Shown: positions 1 to 10,534, numbered from the stretch's first letter. The stretch: 64,000 nt of DNA from a bacterium (GCA_963592185.1 CAVAVT010000004.1:15-64014), one strand, 5' to 3'. A program made the numbers and translations. The notes: generated by a model from the letters alone, not told the origin.

Positions 1-183
1 CATCTTTTGAAGGCTCATCAGCTTCAGACTTCTGAGCTTCTCAAGAAAGAAGCTGCTGGAGAGCTGAAGGATCCGTTCAATGTTCTCATTGCTCATGCTC
101 AGGACTATGTTATGACTGGCATGGCTATGAAGACTGTTGCTGAAGAGGTTGTTAATCTCTACACCCAGATTCGTGCTAAATAA
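1..183 (+). CDS. 3' end of an unidentified CDS (last 60 aa, ...VVNLYTQIRAK*); the start lies upstream of the window
   Basis: Frame 1 is open from base 1 to TAA at 181-183 and is followed by a strong hairpin terminator. The product cannot be recognised from 60 aa. Confidence 0.5.
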   Translation, partial: HLLKAHQLQTSELLKKEAAGELKDPFNVLIAHAQDYVMTGMAMKTVAEEVVNLYTQIRAK

Positions 184-223
184 ATCCTCAGTTTTATAGC
201 TGTTATTCCCCCTAGAATGCTTA

Positions 224-282
224 ATCACCCTGTTGCATCTTTTATCTTTTTGATAAAATATTCGTCAACAGGGTGATTTTTT
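224..282 (+). terminator. Rho-independent terminator
   Basis: A 12-bp stem ATCACCCTGTTG/CAACAGGGTGAT has an inner TTTTATC/GATAAAA stem and is followed by TTTTTT. Confidence 0.8.
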
Positions 283-433
283 GCTATTATTATCTATATA
301 GCGTGTTTTATTTCACAAAATTTTAATTGATAATGTGCTGTAGTTTTAAGATTCCATGCTTAAACTTTATGTATAAATATACATGATATCTACAAACATA
401 TAGGATATTATTCAACTGCTCAAGGAGGATAAA

Positions 434-1576
434 ATGAAATTTTCAAGCTTTAAGAAAAAAGCTGCTGTATCAGCTGCAGCCGCACTGTGCGGTATTGCCC
501 TCACCTTCCCTGCCATGCCAGCACCAAAGGCAGAGGCAAGTCTTTTAGGTGTTCTTATTACATCCGGAGTCCAGTATGCACAGCTTGACCAGGCGGTAAA
601 GTACTACAACAACAATGAGGAAGGAAGAAAGGCATTTTTTGAACAGCTGAAAAAGAATTATGGCGTAAATGACGACGCTGCCCTCAACGCACGCCTCGCC
701 ACTATTATGACCTCACTTTCCAGCGCCATTGAAGAGGTGGATCCCTCAATCAAAGAGAAACCTTATAACTATTTCATCAATACGGAAACAACTTTTAATG
801 CCTTCTGCACCCTAGGCCATAATATGAGTGTAAATACCGGTATGTTCAACATGGTAGCAAATGATGATGAAATCGCTGTAGTATTGGGACATGAAATGGG
901 GCATGGACAGAAGGACCACCCTGCAAAGGGATTCTATAAATCCATGCCTATCAATATTATCGGAGAGGTTATAGCTGACTCCCAGGGGGGCGTATTAGGT
1001 GCTGTAGGTGCAACTATTTTTGCAAATCAGGCTACTGCAAAGACTGTTACTAAACCACAGGAATGGGAAGCTGACAATCTTGCATTTGATTACATTACCC
1101 ATAGCAACTACAATCCCGGGGCCTGTGCAGCTATCTGGCAGCGTGTTATGGAGAAACAAAGCGGTGGCGAAAAATCCAGCTTTATCGGTGAAATTTTCTC
1201 CCCGAATGACCATCCCACCAACGAACAGCGCAGGGATAATTATGCACAAAAGCTGTATGAATACAGCAATAAACATGTTGAGGTAAAGGATGCAAAAGTC
1301 TATGTCAATGGCAATGAATTCTTAACTCCTGCTCCTGCAGCCAATATGAGTTCTGCTGAACGTGCATTTTTCGTTGGGGGCAATCTTGCTGCTGCATATC
1401 ACAATGGCCATGACAAAAATACCGCAACAAATAATGGTGGAACAGTATATCTTGGACCTCAGGCTATCATTGCCCCAGTTGCTGAGGACCTTTCGGCTGA
1501 TGAAATTGTCACCAAACTTAATACTGTTATGAGCAGCAAGGACAAATCCTCCGATTCTGAAAAGAAATCCGACTAA
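434..1576 (+). CDS. Secreted M48-family zinc metallopeptidase
   Basis: HExxH motif 'VLGHEMGHGQKDH'. N-terminal signal peptide (MKFSSFKKKAAVSAAAALCGIALTF...AEA). AGGAGG RBS upstream. Confidence 0.85.
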   Translation: MKFSSFKKKAAVSAAAALCGIALTFPAMPAPKAEASLLGVLITSGVQYAQLDQAVKYYNNNEEGRKAFFEQLKKNYGVNDDAALNARLATIMTSLSSAIEEVDPSIKEKPYNYFINTETTFNAFCTLGHNMSVNTGMFNMVANDDEIAVVLGHEMGHGQKDHPAKGFYKSMPINIIGEVIADSQGGVLGAVGATIFANQATAKTVTKPQEWEADNLAFDYITHSNYNPGACAAIWQRVMEKQSGGEKSSFIGEIFSPNDHPTNEQRRDNYAQKLYEYSNKHVEVKDAKVYVNGNEFLTPAPAANMSSAERAFFVGGNLAAAYHNGHDKNTATNNGGTVYLGPQAIIAPVAEDLSADEIVTKLNTVMSSKDKSSDSEKKSD

Positions 1577-1630
1577 GGCTTTTAAAAGTCTTAGCCGGTA
1601 TTGAAATTTTTAAACATGCGAGGTGATTAT

Positions 1631-2701
1631 ATGTGGATTAAATACCGCACTTCCATTATTTTGGCGGTGACCTTTGCTGTGCTGTTTTCAGCTTTCTGGT
1701 TTTTCCCAGCACTGGCATTTATAGTATTTTTATCTATATTGATGCAGCTTCTTCTAACCCCCTGGGTAAACAGATTATCAAAACATGTTTCCAGGGGACT
1801 GGCATCCGCCATTGTCTGCATACTATTTGTACTCATTCTGGTAGGTGCTCTGACTGTTGTAACCAGTACTGTAATACCTAATTTTAGATCCTTTGTGGAC
1901 AATCTTCCAAAAATTTCAGAGAGATTTGATGAGATGTTTGATATGTCCGACTGGCAGTTTATCTCTGTTGAATTTGACCACCTGATTGATCAAATGACAT
2001 CCTTCAGCGTAGATGCACTGCAGTCATCTCTACTGCTTATTGTTGCTGTTTTCAATAAGGTTTTAGATTTTGTCATTATAATCTTTGTAACCTTCTATCT
2101 CCTAAAAGATGGTGAAAAAATAAAACATTATCTTGCGGAGCTTTTCCCTAAAAGTGATTATCACAGAATTCTCAACCTGTTCAACAAGATTTTGGCATCT
2201 CTTCAGGCTTATGTCCGTGGGCAAAGTCTTATATGCCTTATGACAGGAATCATCGTATTTATCTATTTCTCCATCCGTGGTCAGCAATACGCCTCCATAT
2301 TCGCGGTTGTTTCCGGTGTGTCTGAATTCATTCCTGTCCTTGGCCCTACTATAGCCTCTGCCTTTGCTGTGCTGCTTACCGCTACACAGTCAGTTTCCAT
2401 GGCTGTTCAAACTATCTTCTTTTTCCTGATTCTCACCCAGGTCAACCATAATGTGGTTTCTCCACAGCTGTTAGGAAAATCCCTAAAGCTTCATCCCGTT
2501 GCTATAATACTGGGTGTAATCTTTGGTGGCGAGCTTCTCGGAGCTGCTGGAATGTTCTTGGCTGTGCCCTGTATTGGAGTAATTAAACTGATAATTGAAG
2601 ATATACACGAAAACAATATTAAAAATCGCCAGTTATTCCTCATAAGAAAACGTATATTAAAAAAAGGCGACTTGAAAAACTTTGACATTCATAACAAATA
2701 A
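1631..2701 (+). CDS. AI-2E family transporter (PerM/UPF0118-like permease)
   Basis: Multi-TM protein with the typical AI-2E layout and a C-terminal 'GGELLGAAGMFLAVP' segment. The ORF opens at a TTG at 1601, but the ATG at 1631 follows a GAGGTGA RBS. Confidence 0.8.
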   Translation: MWIKYRTSIILAVTFAVLFSAFWFFPALAFIVFLSILMQLLLTPWVNRLSKHVSRGLASAIVCILFVLILVGALTVVTSTVIPNFRSFVDNLPKISERFDEMFDMSDWQFISVEFDHLIDQMTSFSVDALQSSLLLIVAVFNKVLDFVIIIFVTFYLLKDGEKIKHYLAELFPKSDYHRILNLFNKILASLQAYVRGQSLICLMTGIIVFIYFSIRGQQYASIFAVVSGVSEFIPVLGPTIASAFAVLLTATQSVSMAVQTIFFFLILTQVNHNVVSPQLLGKSLKLHPVAIILGVIFGGELLGAAGMFLAVPCIGVIKLIIEDIHENNIKNRQLFLIRKRILKKGDLKNFDIHNK

Positions 2702-2752
2702 AAAAGCCGGATGCTGCTGATACATTAATATCAATAGCATCCGGTATTTTTT
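2701..2752. terminator. Bidirectional hairpin terminator between convergent genes
   Basis: GCCGGATGCT ... AGCATCCGGT stem flanked by an A-run and a T-run. Confidence 0.8.
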
Positions 2753-3932
2753 ATCTGTTCAAGTATCCTTCAATTCCATGCTTTAGACGTTCCAGACCAT
2801 CTACAACCTTGTCATGCTGGCAGCCCAGGTTCATCCTTAAACAATAATGTCCGTCACCTCTATACTGGCCTCCAGCGGTTATATATAGCCCAGTGGTCTT
2901 ACGAATAAACTCCGCCAGTTCATCTGTTGAAGCTCCCTCCGTATCCCCCACAATACCTCTGCAGTCCAGCCAGAGAAGATATGAGGATGGACCAGCCACG
3001 GGGATTACATTTGGTATATTTTTTTCGATATATTCCACCGCATAAGTCATATTACGCTCAATGTATTTGCACAATTCATCCAGCCACGGACCGCCCTGGC
3101 TATATGCTGCCACTGCTGCCGCAATTGAAAATGCCCCAGGTTCCGCCACTTCATTGGAATTAAGCCCCCTGTCAATCTTCTGCCTGAGAGCTGTCTGTGG
3201 AATGATTACAGCAGCTGTGTTGATTCCAGCAATATTAAATGCCTTGCTGGGGGAAATACAGGTCATGCTCACATCACGACAATCCGCTGAAGCTGAAGCA
3301 AAGGGAACATAGCTTGTGCCGGGCTTGACAATGTCACAGTGAACTTCATCGGACAATACAGTAACACTGTATTTTTTACACAAAGCCCCTACCTTGGCAA
3401 GCTCTTCCTTGGACCAGATTTTACCAGAAGGATTCTGTGGATTACACATAATCATCATAGTAGTTAGAGGACGTGCCAGCTTTTCCTCTAAATCCTCAAA
3501 ATCTATATGATACTCACCCTTAGAATATGCCAAAGGACATTCCAAAGTATGCCGTCCAAAGTTCTCAATGGAATGGAAGAAAATGTCATAGACCGGAGTA
3601 AGCACCAATACAGAATCTCCTACATTTGTTATACGCTGAACAGAACTGGATATTGCAGCCACAACACCTGTGGTAAAAATCATCCATTCTTTCTTAATTT
3701 CAAAATTGTGTCTTGTCCTCCACCAATTTTGAATAGCCTCATACCAATCCTCGGTTACGATATGATACCCAAAAATTCCATGCTCCACCTTATTTTGAAG
3801 AGCCTGTCTCACAGCAGGAGCTGTTTGAAAATCCATATCTGCAACCCACATAGGCAGCTCGTTATCAGCCACATCCCATTTCAGAGAGCCTGTATCTCTG
3901 CGATTCGTTGGTTCGTCAAAATTAAATTCCAT
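2751..3932 (-). CDS. patB: MalY/PatB-family PLP-dependent C-S lyase (cystathionine beta-lyase-like aminotransferase class I/II)
   Basis: N-terminus 'FNFDEPTNRRDTGSLKWD' is typical of PatB/MalY. PLP-lysine motif 'SPSKAFN'. Confidence 0.85.
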   Translation of the reverse strand: MEFNFDEPTNRRDTGSLKWDVADNELPMWVADMDFQTAPAVRQALQNKVEHGIFGYHIVTEDWYEAIQNWWRTRHNFEIKKEWMIFTTGVVAAISSSVQRITNVGDSVLVLTPVYDIFFHSIENFGRHTLECPLAYSKGEYHIDFEDLEEKLARPLTTMMIMCNPQNPSGKIWSKEELAKVGALCKKYSVTVLSDEVHCDIVKPGTSYVPFASASADCRDVSMTCISPSKAFNIAGINTAAVIIPQTALRQKIDRGLNSNEVAEPGAFSIAAAVAAYSQGGPWLDELCKYIERNMTYAVEYIEKNIPNVIPVAGPSSYLLWLDCRGIVGDTEGASTDELAEFIRKTTGLYITAGGQYRGDGHYCLRMNLGCQHDKVVDGLERLKHGIEGYLNR

Positions 3933-3933
3933 A

Positions 3934-5355
3934 TCAATGCTCCTTTTGCACTTTTTTCAGCCAGCTTTCCTGCTTAAGCCTCAGCAGCATAAACAATCCC
4001 CTGCACCAAAGCTCAATGCACATGGCAATCCACATGCCCACAAGTCCATAATCCCCTACCAAAATCAGGCATAGAACAACACGGATTCCCCATATGCTGA
4101 ATATATTCAGCAGGCTGGGTATCAATGTATCCCCAACGCCTCTAAGAGCACCTGCGGCGATTATAGAGGCCGCAAACATTGGCTCCGCAAACATTTCAAT
4201 TCTCAATACTCTTGTACCAAGCTCCCGGACAGCCTGATCTGGTGTAAGTATGGCAAAAATCCATGGAGCTGCCACATACATAAGCACAGCTGTAACACTC
4301 ATAATAACCATACCAATACCTATGGCGCTTCTTGCGAAATTTCGTATTAAATCATGTCTTCCAGCCCCAAGGCTTTGTCCCACAATTGGGGAAATTGCCG
4401 ATGCAATTCCATATCCCGGCATGTAGCAAAGACCTTCCGCTGTAATAGCGAAAGAATTTGCAGCTATTGCAACCGCCCCCAAGGGTGCTGCAATGGCTGT
4501 TGTTGCCACCATTGCCCCACACATAACAGCATTCTCCAATGCCACTGGAAAACCCAGCCGCACAGCCTTGAAGACACACTCTCTCGTAAGATGCCATACT
4601 TCCCCGGCTCTAAGACTCAGTTCAGGAGATTTTGACAGCAGACACCACATAATAAGCGACATGGCAATAAGCTCTGATACCGCCGTCCCCAGCGCTGCCC
4701 CGGGAACCCCCAGACCGGCTCCGGGAATAAACATACTGAAGCCTCCAATAGATACCATCCTTGAGGGGAAAATAAAGAAAAAATTCCAAAAAGCATCCAG
4801 AAAACACATCATAGAATTTATTATTCCAGGAGTTTTCGTATTACCAGTGCTTTGCAGCATGGCACTTCCAAAATATCTAAGCTGATAAAGCGGCAGACTG
4901 CAGCAGAATATGCCGAAATATTTCCCGGCATTGTCACAAATCTGTGCATCTCCCCCTAACAGCACAGGCAGATAGGGGCTGAAAATAGCTCCAGCAGCCC
5001 CCAGAAGGATGGATAATGCGAAACAGCATATAATTCCCTGCCGCATAATATCCCTCGCCTCGTCCCACTTGCAGGCACCAAGCCGGTGAGCTGTCTGTAT
5101 GGAAAATCCCACCACTGCAGCAACGCTTATACCACCTAGAAGCCATGTGGAGGAGCTAACCAAACCTATTGATGCGGAAGCTCCTGCCCCCAGACTTCCC
5201 ACCATAGCAGCATCTATATATTCCATGGCTATCATAGTTACCTGTGCCATAACAGTAGGCAAACTCATTTTCAGGACCAGGTATATCTGCTGCCGAAGGG
5301 TCACAGGCTTATCGCTTGCCAGCATTGCCTTTAACGTTCTGTGCCTTTCAGACAT
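3934..5355 (-). CDS. MATE family efflux transporter
   Basis: 473 aa, 12-TM profile with MATE-like duplicated halves. Only 1 nt separates it from the patB start. Confidence 0.85.
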   Translation of the reverse strand: MSERHRTLKAMLASDKPVTLRQQIYLVLKMSLPTVMAQVTMIAMEYIDAAMVGSLGAGASASIGLVSSSTWLLGGISVAAVVGFSIQTAHRLGACKWDEARDIMRQGIICCFALSILLGAAGAIFSPYLPVLLGGDAQICDNAGKYFGIFCCSLPLYQLRYFGSAMLQSTGNTKTPGIINSMMCFLDAFWNFFFIFPSRMVSIGGFSMFIPGAGLGVPGAALGTAVSELIAMSLIMWCLLSKSPELSLRAGEVWHLTRECVFKAVRLGFPVALENAVMCGAMVATTAIAAPLGAVAIAANSFAITAEGLCYMPGYGIASAISPIVGQSLGAGRHDLIRNFARSAIGIGMVIMSVTAVLMYVAAPWIFAILTPDQAVRELGTRVLRIEMFAEPMFAASIIAAGALRGVGDTLIPSLLNIFSIWGIRVVLCLILVGDYGLVGMWIAMCIELWCRGLFMLLRLKQESWLKKVQKEH

Positions 5356-5406
5356 TTAGTTTCTGCCCCTTCATAAAAATATTATTCCTCCCTGCCTCCA
5401 GGATTT

Positions 5407-6270
5407 TTACTTGGAGGTTTCAATGATTTCTGTTTTTGATGAATCGACTTTTGGATCATCAAATATAATTTCTCCGATTTCCTTTGCCTGAATTCTGCCA
5501 CTGTAAGGATTTTTTACACTTACAATGCTGCTGGTAATTTCTGCATCCACATTGCTGCAATATTCAAATGCCAAATCCGTATTAAGCAGTCTGCAATTCT
5601 TCATGGTAAGATTTTCAATATAGCAAAGTCCCTGAAGGCTCTCCAGTGTGCAATTTATAAGTGTCACATTCTTAGAATTCCATGCAAAATATTCTCCAGT
5701 AATAAAGGAATCCTCAATTACAATATTTTCGCAATTCCAAAATGCATCCTTTGAAAGCATTCTAGCATTTTTTACATGTACATTATAAGAACCGTCAAAG
5801 GGATAGTTTCCTATGAGCTTGAAATTTTCTATCTCAAGGTCATGGCTGTTCATGCCAAAATAATTTCCTTTTGCAGATACATCCTTCATGCGGACATTGC
5901 TGCAATGCCAAAGGGTTTCCTCAGCATTGGGCATATCGAGGCGGATTAAATCCACATCGTCACATCTTCTGAAAGTTTTAGGAGCCTCAATAAGTACATC
6001 CTCCATATAAAGATGATTGGTATACCATATACCGGCACGTCCCATTTCAAACAGAGAGCTGTCCTTGACTTCCACATTATTGCAGTACCAAAGAGGATAC
6101 TTCCACTGAAAAGTTGTATTGCTTATAACTATGTCACAGCTTTCCTTCAGAGGAGATTCCCCATCAGCAAAAGTACAATATTCCAGCTTTAGCCCATTGC
6201 TTTTAAACAGCGCCCTTTCTCCGGTAAAACGCTGTTCAGTATATATCTTATTTGTCTTTATATTATTCAT
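5407..6270 (-). CDS. DUF3737-family protein (predicted right-handed beta-helix repeats)
   Basis: Repetitive 'N..(V/I).. C/S .F' beta-helix-like pattern and an N-terminus 'FTGERALF' as in DUF3737. Assigned from memory of the family. Confidence 0.6.
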   Translation of the reverse strand: MNNIKTNKIYTEQRFTGERALFKSNGLKLEYCTFADGESPLKESCDIVISNTTFQWKYPLWYCNNVEVKDSSLFEMGRAGIWYTNHLYMEDVLIEAPKTFRRCDDVDLIRLDMPNAEETLWHCSNVRMKDVSAKGNYFGMNSHDLEIENFKLIGNYPFDGSYNVHVKNARMLSKDAFWNCENIVIEDSFITGEYFAWNSKNVTLINCTLESLQGLCYIENLTMKNCRLLNTDLAFEYCSNVDAEITSSIVSVKNPYSGRIQAKEIGEIIFDDPKVDSSKTEIIETSK

Positions 6271-6364
6271 TAATTTTGCCTCCTAGAGTAAAAATTTACA
6301 CTATAAATTATACTATCTGGAGTATGGTTAAAGTCAAACATATTTAACTATTAAATAAAAATAA

Positions 6365-7048
6365 TTATCCTTTATGTATTCTGGACCTTATTTCCTGAAG
6401 CCGTGGCACCAGCAATACAGATAATTTTTCCTCAAGCTCTGGCAGCTCGGCGGAATCAAAGGCATAGGTCATATCCGGAAGATTATTGATTCGTGCTTCG
6501 CCATAAAACTCGTCACGAAACATATTATAGTAAATAATAAAATTACTTTCGTTTTCAAAATCCGAATAGTCAAATACGATTACAGAACCATTCAATACAA
6601 CAGCAGGAGCATCCGGACGAATATATAGCTCAAATCCCTCCAGAGTGTCAGGCAGCAGCTCCTTATAATCCCATTCGGTAATATGCTTTTCCTTTACCAA
6701 ATTATTTAGGGTTGCTGGATTAAATTCCACCATGTCATGAAGAACCTCCATCATGTGGGCTTTAAGCAGACTCTCGAAGGTTTCGATATTAGGGGCAATA
6801 AATTCAATCCTGCAAAACTCAGTTAGTCCAATTTTTACTCTGAACTTATATTCCTTTGTTTCTTCATGGAAATATGCAGCTGCACTTAAATGGGCCTCAA
6901 GGTTGTCATATCGGAAAAGATCATACTTGTCTCCATGGATTTTTGGGCTGCTGTCCAATACAAACCCATATGCTTTTTGGGGAAGTTCCTCCCTGTAAAG
7001 CCATCCTTCTGTGTCCTTCTCCACACGTTCAATAGAGGCATCCTTCAT
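6365..7048 (-). CDS. Hypothetical acidic cytoplasmic protein (227 aa), family not recognised
   Basis: Long uninterrupted ORF with plausible coding composition. No motif recognised. Confidence 0.55.
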   Translation of the reverse strand: MKDASIERVEKDTEGWLYREELPQKAYGFVLDSSPKIHGDKYDLFRYDNLEAHLSAAAYFHEETKEYKFRVKIGLTEFCRIEFIAPNIETFESLLKAHMMEVLHDMVEFNPATLNNLVKEKHITEWDYKELLPDTLEGFELYIRPDAPAVVLNGSVIVFDYSDFENESNFIIYYNMFRDEFYGEARINNLPDMTYAFDSAELPELEEKLSVLLVPRLQEIRSRIHKG

Positions 7049-7113
7049 TTCTCTACTCCCTTAAAAACAGTTTTTAAGGGACAGTTTTCCCTGCCCCTTA
7101 AATTTAAAATATA

Positions 7114-7737
7114 TTACCGATGACCGGCCTTTATCTTATTTTCCGTACCTGTACGCAGCCGCTGAATATTTGTCTTGTGCCGATAAATAACAAATACAGC
7201 TGTCAAAAGACCAAACACAATAAATTCAGCACTTTCACCAAAAATTACCGCAAGCACAGGAACCATTGCAGCTCCTACTATAGAGCCTAATGATACATAT
7301 TTCGTAACCAATACAATAACAAGCCATACAAGGAAAACAATTACAGACACCTTTGGCATAAGCATTATCAGCACGCCAAGGCCTGTAGCCACTCCTTTTC
7401 CGCCCTTGAACTTCATGTATATTGACCAGGAATGTCCCACAATTGCCAGGATACCTCCTAGAACCATTCCAAGCTCCGGAGAGGATGTGTGAGAGCCTAA
7501 ATACACACCAAGAATACCTTTAAGAGCATCCAGAAGAAATACCGCAATTCCAGGACCTTTTCCCAGGGTTCTCCAGGCATTTGTAGCGCCGATATTTTTA
7601 CTGCCGCACTTTCTTAAATCCGTATTCCATATGACCTTGCCTAAAATAAGGCCAGAAGGAATAGAACCTATGAGATACGCCAGCAGTAAAGCTATGGGAA
7701 AACTAATTGCTGCAGCATTGCTATCCATAACCATCAC
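7114..7737 (-). CDS. plsY: Glycerol-3-phosphate acyltransferase PlsY
   Basis: 'GSKNIGATNAWRTLG' and 'KGGKGVAT' motifs. A 4-nt overlap with the der stop suggests translational coupling. Confidence 0.9.
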   Translation of the reverse strand: MMVMDSNAAAISFPIALLLAYLIGSIPSGLILGKVIWNTDLRKCGSKNIGATNAWRTLGKGPGIAVFLLDALKGILGVYLGSHTSSPELGMVLGGILAIVGHSWSIYMKFKGGKGVATGLGVLIMLMPKVSVIVFLVWLVIVLVTKYVSLGSIVGAAMVPVLAVIFGESAEFIVFGLLTAVFVIYRHKTNIQRLRTGTENKIKAGHR

Positions 7738-9065
7738 TCCTCCTCGTCTTCCTTACGTCCTCTTACAATGAGACGTATGGGGGTTCCCTCAAAACCGAAG
7801 CTTTCACGAAGCTTGTTTTCCAAGAATCTCATGTAGGAAAAATGCATCAGCTCCGGATCATTAACAAATACGATGAATTTTGGAGGCTGAATATCTGTTT
7901 GAGTCATGAAGAGAATCTTGAGCTGTCTTCCCTTATGTGCCGGAGGCGGATTGATGGATACCGCATCCCTTACAAGCTCATTCAATACGCTGGTCTTAAT
8001 ACGCATTGACTGCTGTTCAGCAACATATTTAACAAGTTCTGTTATGCGCTGAACTCGCTGTGTAGTCAGTGCAGAAGTATAAAGAACCGGAGCATACTGA
8101 AGGAATCCAATTTGATCTCTAAGCTCATCAGTAAATCTAAGGGTAGATTTGTCATCCTTATTTGGGAAAATATCCCACTTGTTGACAATGATGATTACAC
8201 CCTTGCCTGATTCATGAGCGTAGCCAGCAATTTTCTTGTCCTGCTCAGTAATTCCCTCAAAGGCATCAATTACCATAAGCACAACGTCCGCACGGTCAAT
8301 AGCTCTAAGGGATCTAATAACGCTGTAGCGCTCCACATCCTCTTCGATTTTTCCACGTCTGCGCATACCAGCTGTATCTATGAGCATGAACTTAATACCA
8401 TCTTCAATAAAATGGGTATCTATAGCATCTCTTGTGGTGCCGGGAATATTGCTCACAATCACTCGCTCTTCTCCGAGGAGGGCATTTACCAACGAGGACT
8501 TACCTACATTAGGTCTGCCAATAACCGCAATGCTGATTTCATCAGATTCTTTTTCTTCAACATTATCCTTTGGGAAAGCGGCAACAACAGCATCCAGCAA
8601 ATCACCGAGATTCAGTGCATTAGATGCAGAAATGGCAATAGGATCGCCTAATCCCAGGCTGTAGAACTCATATACCCCCATTTCCTGGGTAGGATTATCC
8701 ACTTTGTTGACCGCCAAAATAACCGGTTTTTTGGTGGAACGAAGCATACGGCCCACTTCCTCATCGTCAGAGGTCAGACCTGCTCTGCCGTCAACAACAA
8801 ACATAATAACGTCTGCTTCCTCCATGGCAATCTGAGCCTGCTTTCTCATTGATGACAGAATGCGGTCATCTGTGGAAAATTCAATACCGCCGGTATCTAT
8901 CATGGTAAAAGTATTGTTCAACCATTCAGCATCCATATAAATACGGTCTCTGGTAACGCCTGGCAGGTCGTCAACAATGGAAACCCGGCGCTTGCCAATC
9001 TGGTTAAACAATGTGGACTTGCCTACATTAGGGCGTCCAACAATTGCAACTATAGGTTTACTCAT
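7734..9065 (-). CDS. der: Ribosome-biogenesis GTPase Der (EngA)
   Basis: Two tandem GTPase domains (GRPNVGKST and GRPNVGKSS P-loops) plus a KH-like C-terminus. Confidence 0.95.
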   Translation of the reverse strand: MSKPIVAIVGRPNVGKSTLFNQIGKRRVSIVDDLPGVTRDRIYMDAEWLNNTFTMIDTGGIEFSTDDRILSSMRKQAQIAMEEADVIMFVVDGRAGLTSDDEEVGRMLRSTKKPVILAVNKVDNPTQEMGVYEFYSLGLGDPIAISASNALNLGDLLDAVVAAFPKDNVEEKESDEISIAVIGRPNVGKSSLVNALLGEERVIVSNIPGTTRDAIDTHFIEDGIKFMLIDTAGMRRRGKIEEDVERYSVIRSLRAIDRADVVLMVIDAFEGITEQDKKIAGYAHESGKGVIIIVNKWDIFPNKDDKSTLRFTDELRDQIGFLQYAPVLYTSALTTQRVQRITELVKYVAEQQSMRIKTSVLNELVRDAVSINPPPAHKGRQLKILFMTQTDIQPPKFIVFVNDPELMHFSYMRFLENKLRESFGFEGTPIRLIVRGRKEDEEE

Positions 9066-10464
9066 AGGTTTTACACTCCTTTAAAGGCTTTGTATAAGCC
9101 GCATTACTTTGCCACATATATGCCTGCTCTGTTTCATCACGATGATAGTCATTCCATCCTGTAACAGCCTCAAGCAAATCATCTGCTCCCAGCGCTGTTT
9201 CTATCCTTATGCCGACCTTTTCCCGCATTTCATCAAGGGTCATATCATCCAGAAAAATATTTTCCCCAGCCCTAAGTGCTCCCTCAGGCAAAATAATACC
9301 ATCCCGTTCGATATCATTTGTTGCCATAAGGGTCTCAAGTATATCATGGCCAGTCAGCAGGCCAGAAACATTTACAGTGGTGCCAAAATGATTATTTTCC
9401 ACTGGAATAATTCTAATATTTAAGTTTGGAATATCCAAACTTTCGGTTATCTTCTTAAACATAGGAGCCACGGCGGTTCCTGTCACAACGTCAATATTGA
9501 GAGGTCTTTCATATCCATTTCCAAGGGAGTGCTTTTCTAAGTACTTTTCCCAAGAAGAAAGGAAATTCCTAGCCAGACCTATGCCGTTATCAAGCTGGGG
9601 AAATCCATCGTAAAACTCCTCTGGAGGCAGCTCCCTATCGGCGATAAAATAAAATTCATCTCCAAGATATACAAAGCTTTTCCCAAACTCATCTCGCAAT
9701 TTTTTCTGCCATTTCTCTACACAGTCAATAACATTGGATGCCTCTGTAGAGTTAAATTCTCTTAATGGATAGCAGTCCTGTCTAAATTTGGTCAGCCCAA
9801 CAGGAACAATTGCCAGAGAAAGTGCATGTGGTATTCTTTTTGTAATATCGCTTATTGAGCGTTCCAGCTCAGCGCCATCATTAAGCTCCGGGCAAAGAAC
9901 TATCTGGCAGTGATATTCTATATCCCCCTGTTCCAGACGATCCAGCTGCTCCATCAATATAGCAGCCCTTTTACAGCGCAGTATTTCCGCTCTAAGCTCC
10001 ATATTTGTGGTCTGCACGGAAACAAACAGCGGAGACAGATGATATTGCTCAATACGCTTAAAATCAGCCTCCACCATGTTGGACATGGTAATAAAATTGC
10101 CGTACAGAAATGACATTCGGTAGTCATCATCACGAATGTTGAGACTATCCCTCATGTGTGGTGCAACCTGGTCTACAAAGCAAAAATAACAGTGATTGGC
10201 GCAATTTCTTATCCCATCGAATACAGCGGATTCAAATTCGACCCCAAGCTCCTCGTCAAGGTCCTTTTCAAAGGATATAATCTCCTGCTCGCCATCTTCG
10301 TGCTCTATGAGAAGGTCTATTTCTTCGTCAGACATAGCAAAGCTAAGATCTATAATATCCCGTAGACGCATTCCATTAATTTCAAGAACCTTGTCCCCTG
10401 GAACAAGCTCCAGTTCTTCAGCAAGGCTCCCAGGATTCACTGTCAGTATTTTTCCAAAAAGCAT
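9058..10464 (-). CDS. DUF512 domain-containing radical SAM protein with an N-terminal PDZ-like domain
   Basis: CxxxCxxC cluster motif 'CANHCYFC'. N-terminal 'GSLAEELELVPGDKVLEING' is PDZ-like. An 8-nt overlap with the der start. Confidence 0.8.
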   Translation of the reverse strand: MLFGKILTVNPGSLAEELELVPGDKVLEINGMRLRDIIDLSFAMSDEEIDLLIEHEDGEQEIISFEKDLDEELGVEFESAVFDGIRNCANHCYFCFVDQVAPHMRDSLNIRDDDYRMSFLYGNFITMSNMVEADFKRIEQYHLSPLFVSVQTTNMELRAEILRCKRAAILMEQLDRLEQGDIEYHCQIVLCPELNDGAELERSISDITKRIPHALSLAIVPVGLTKFRQDCYPLREFNSTEASNVIDCVEKWQKKLRDEFGKSFVYLGDEFYFIADRELPPEEFYDGFPQLDNGIGLARNFLSSWEKYLEKHSLGNGYERPLNIDVVTGTAVAPMFKKITESLDIPNLNIRIIPVENNHFGTTVNVSGLLTGHDILETLMATNDIERDGIILPEGALRAGENIFLDDMTLDEMREKVGIRIETALGADDLLEAVTGWNDYHRDETEQAYMWQSNAAYTKPLKECKTYE

Positions 10465-10534
10465 GTCACACCCAATTTCCGTTACAAACCATTAAAGCCA
10501 TACAATCATATTATACACAATATGAAATATAAAT

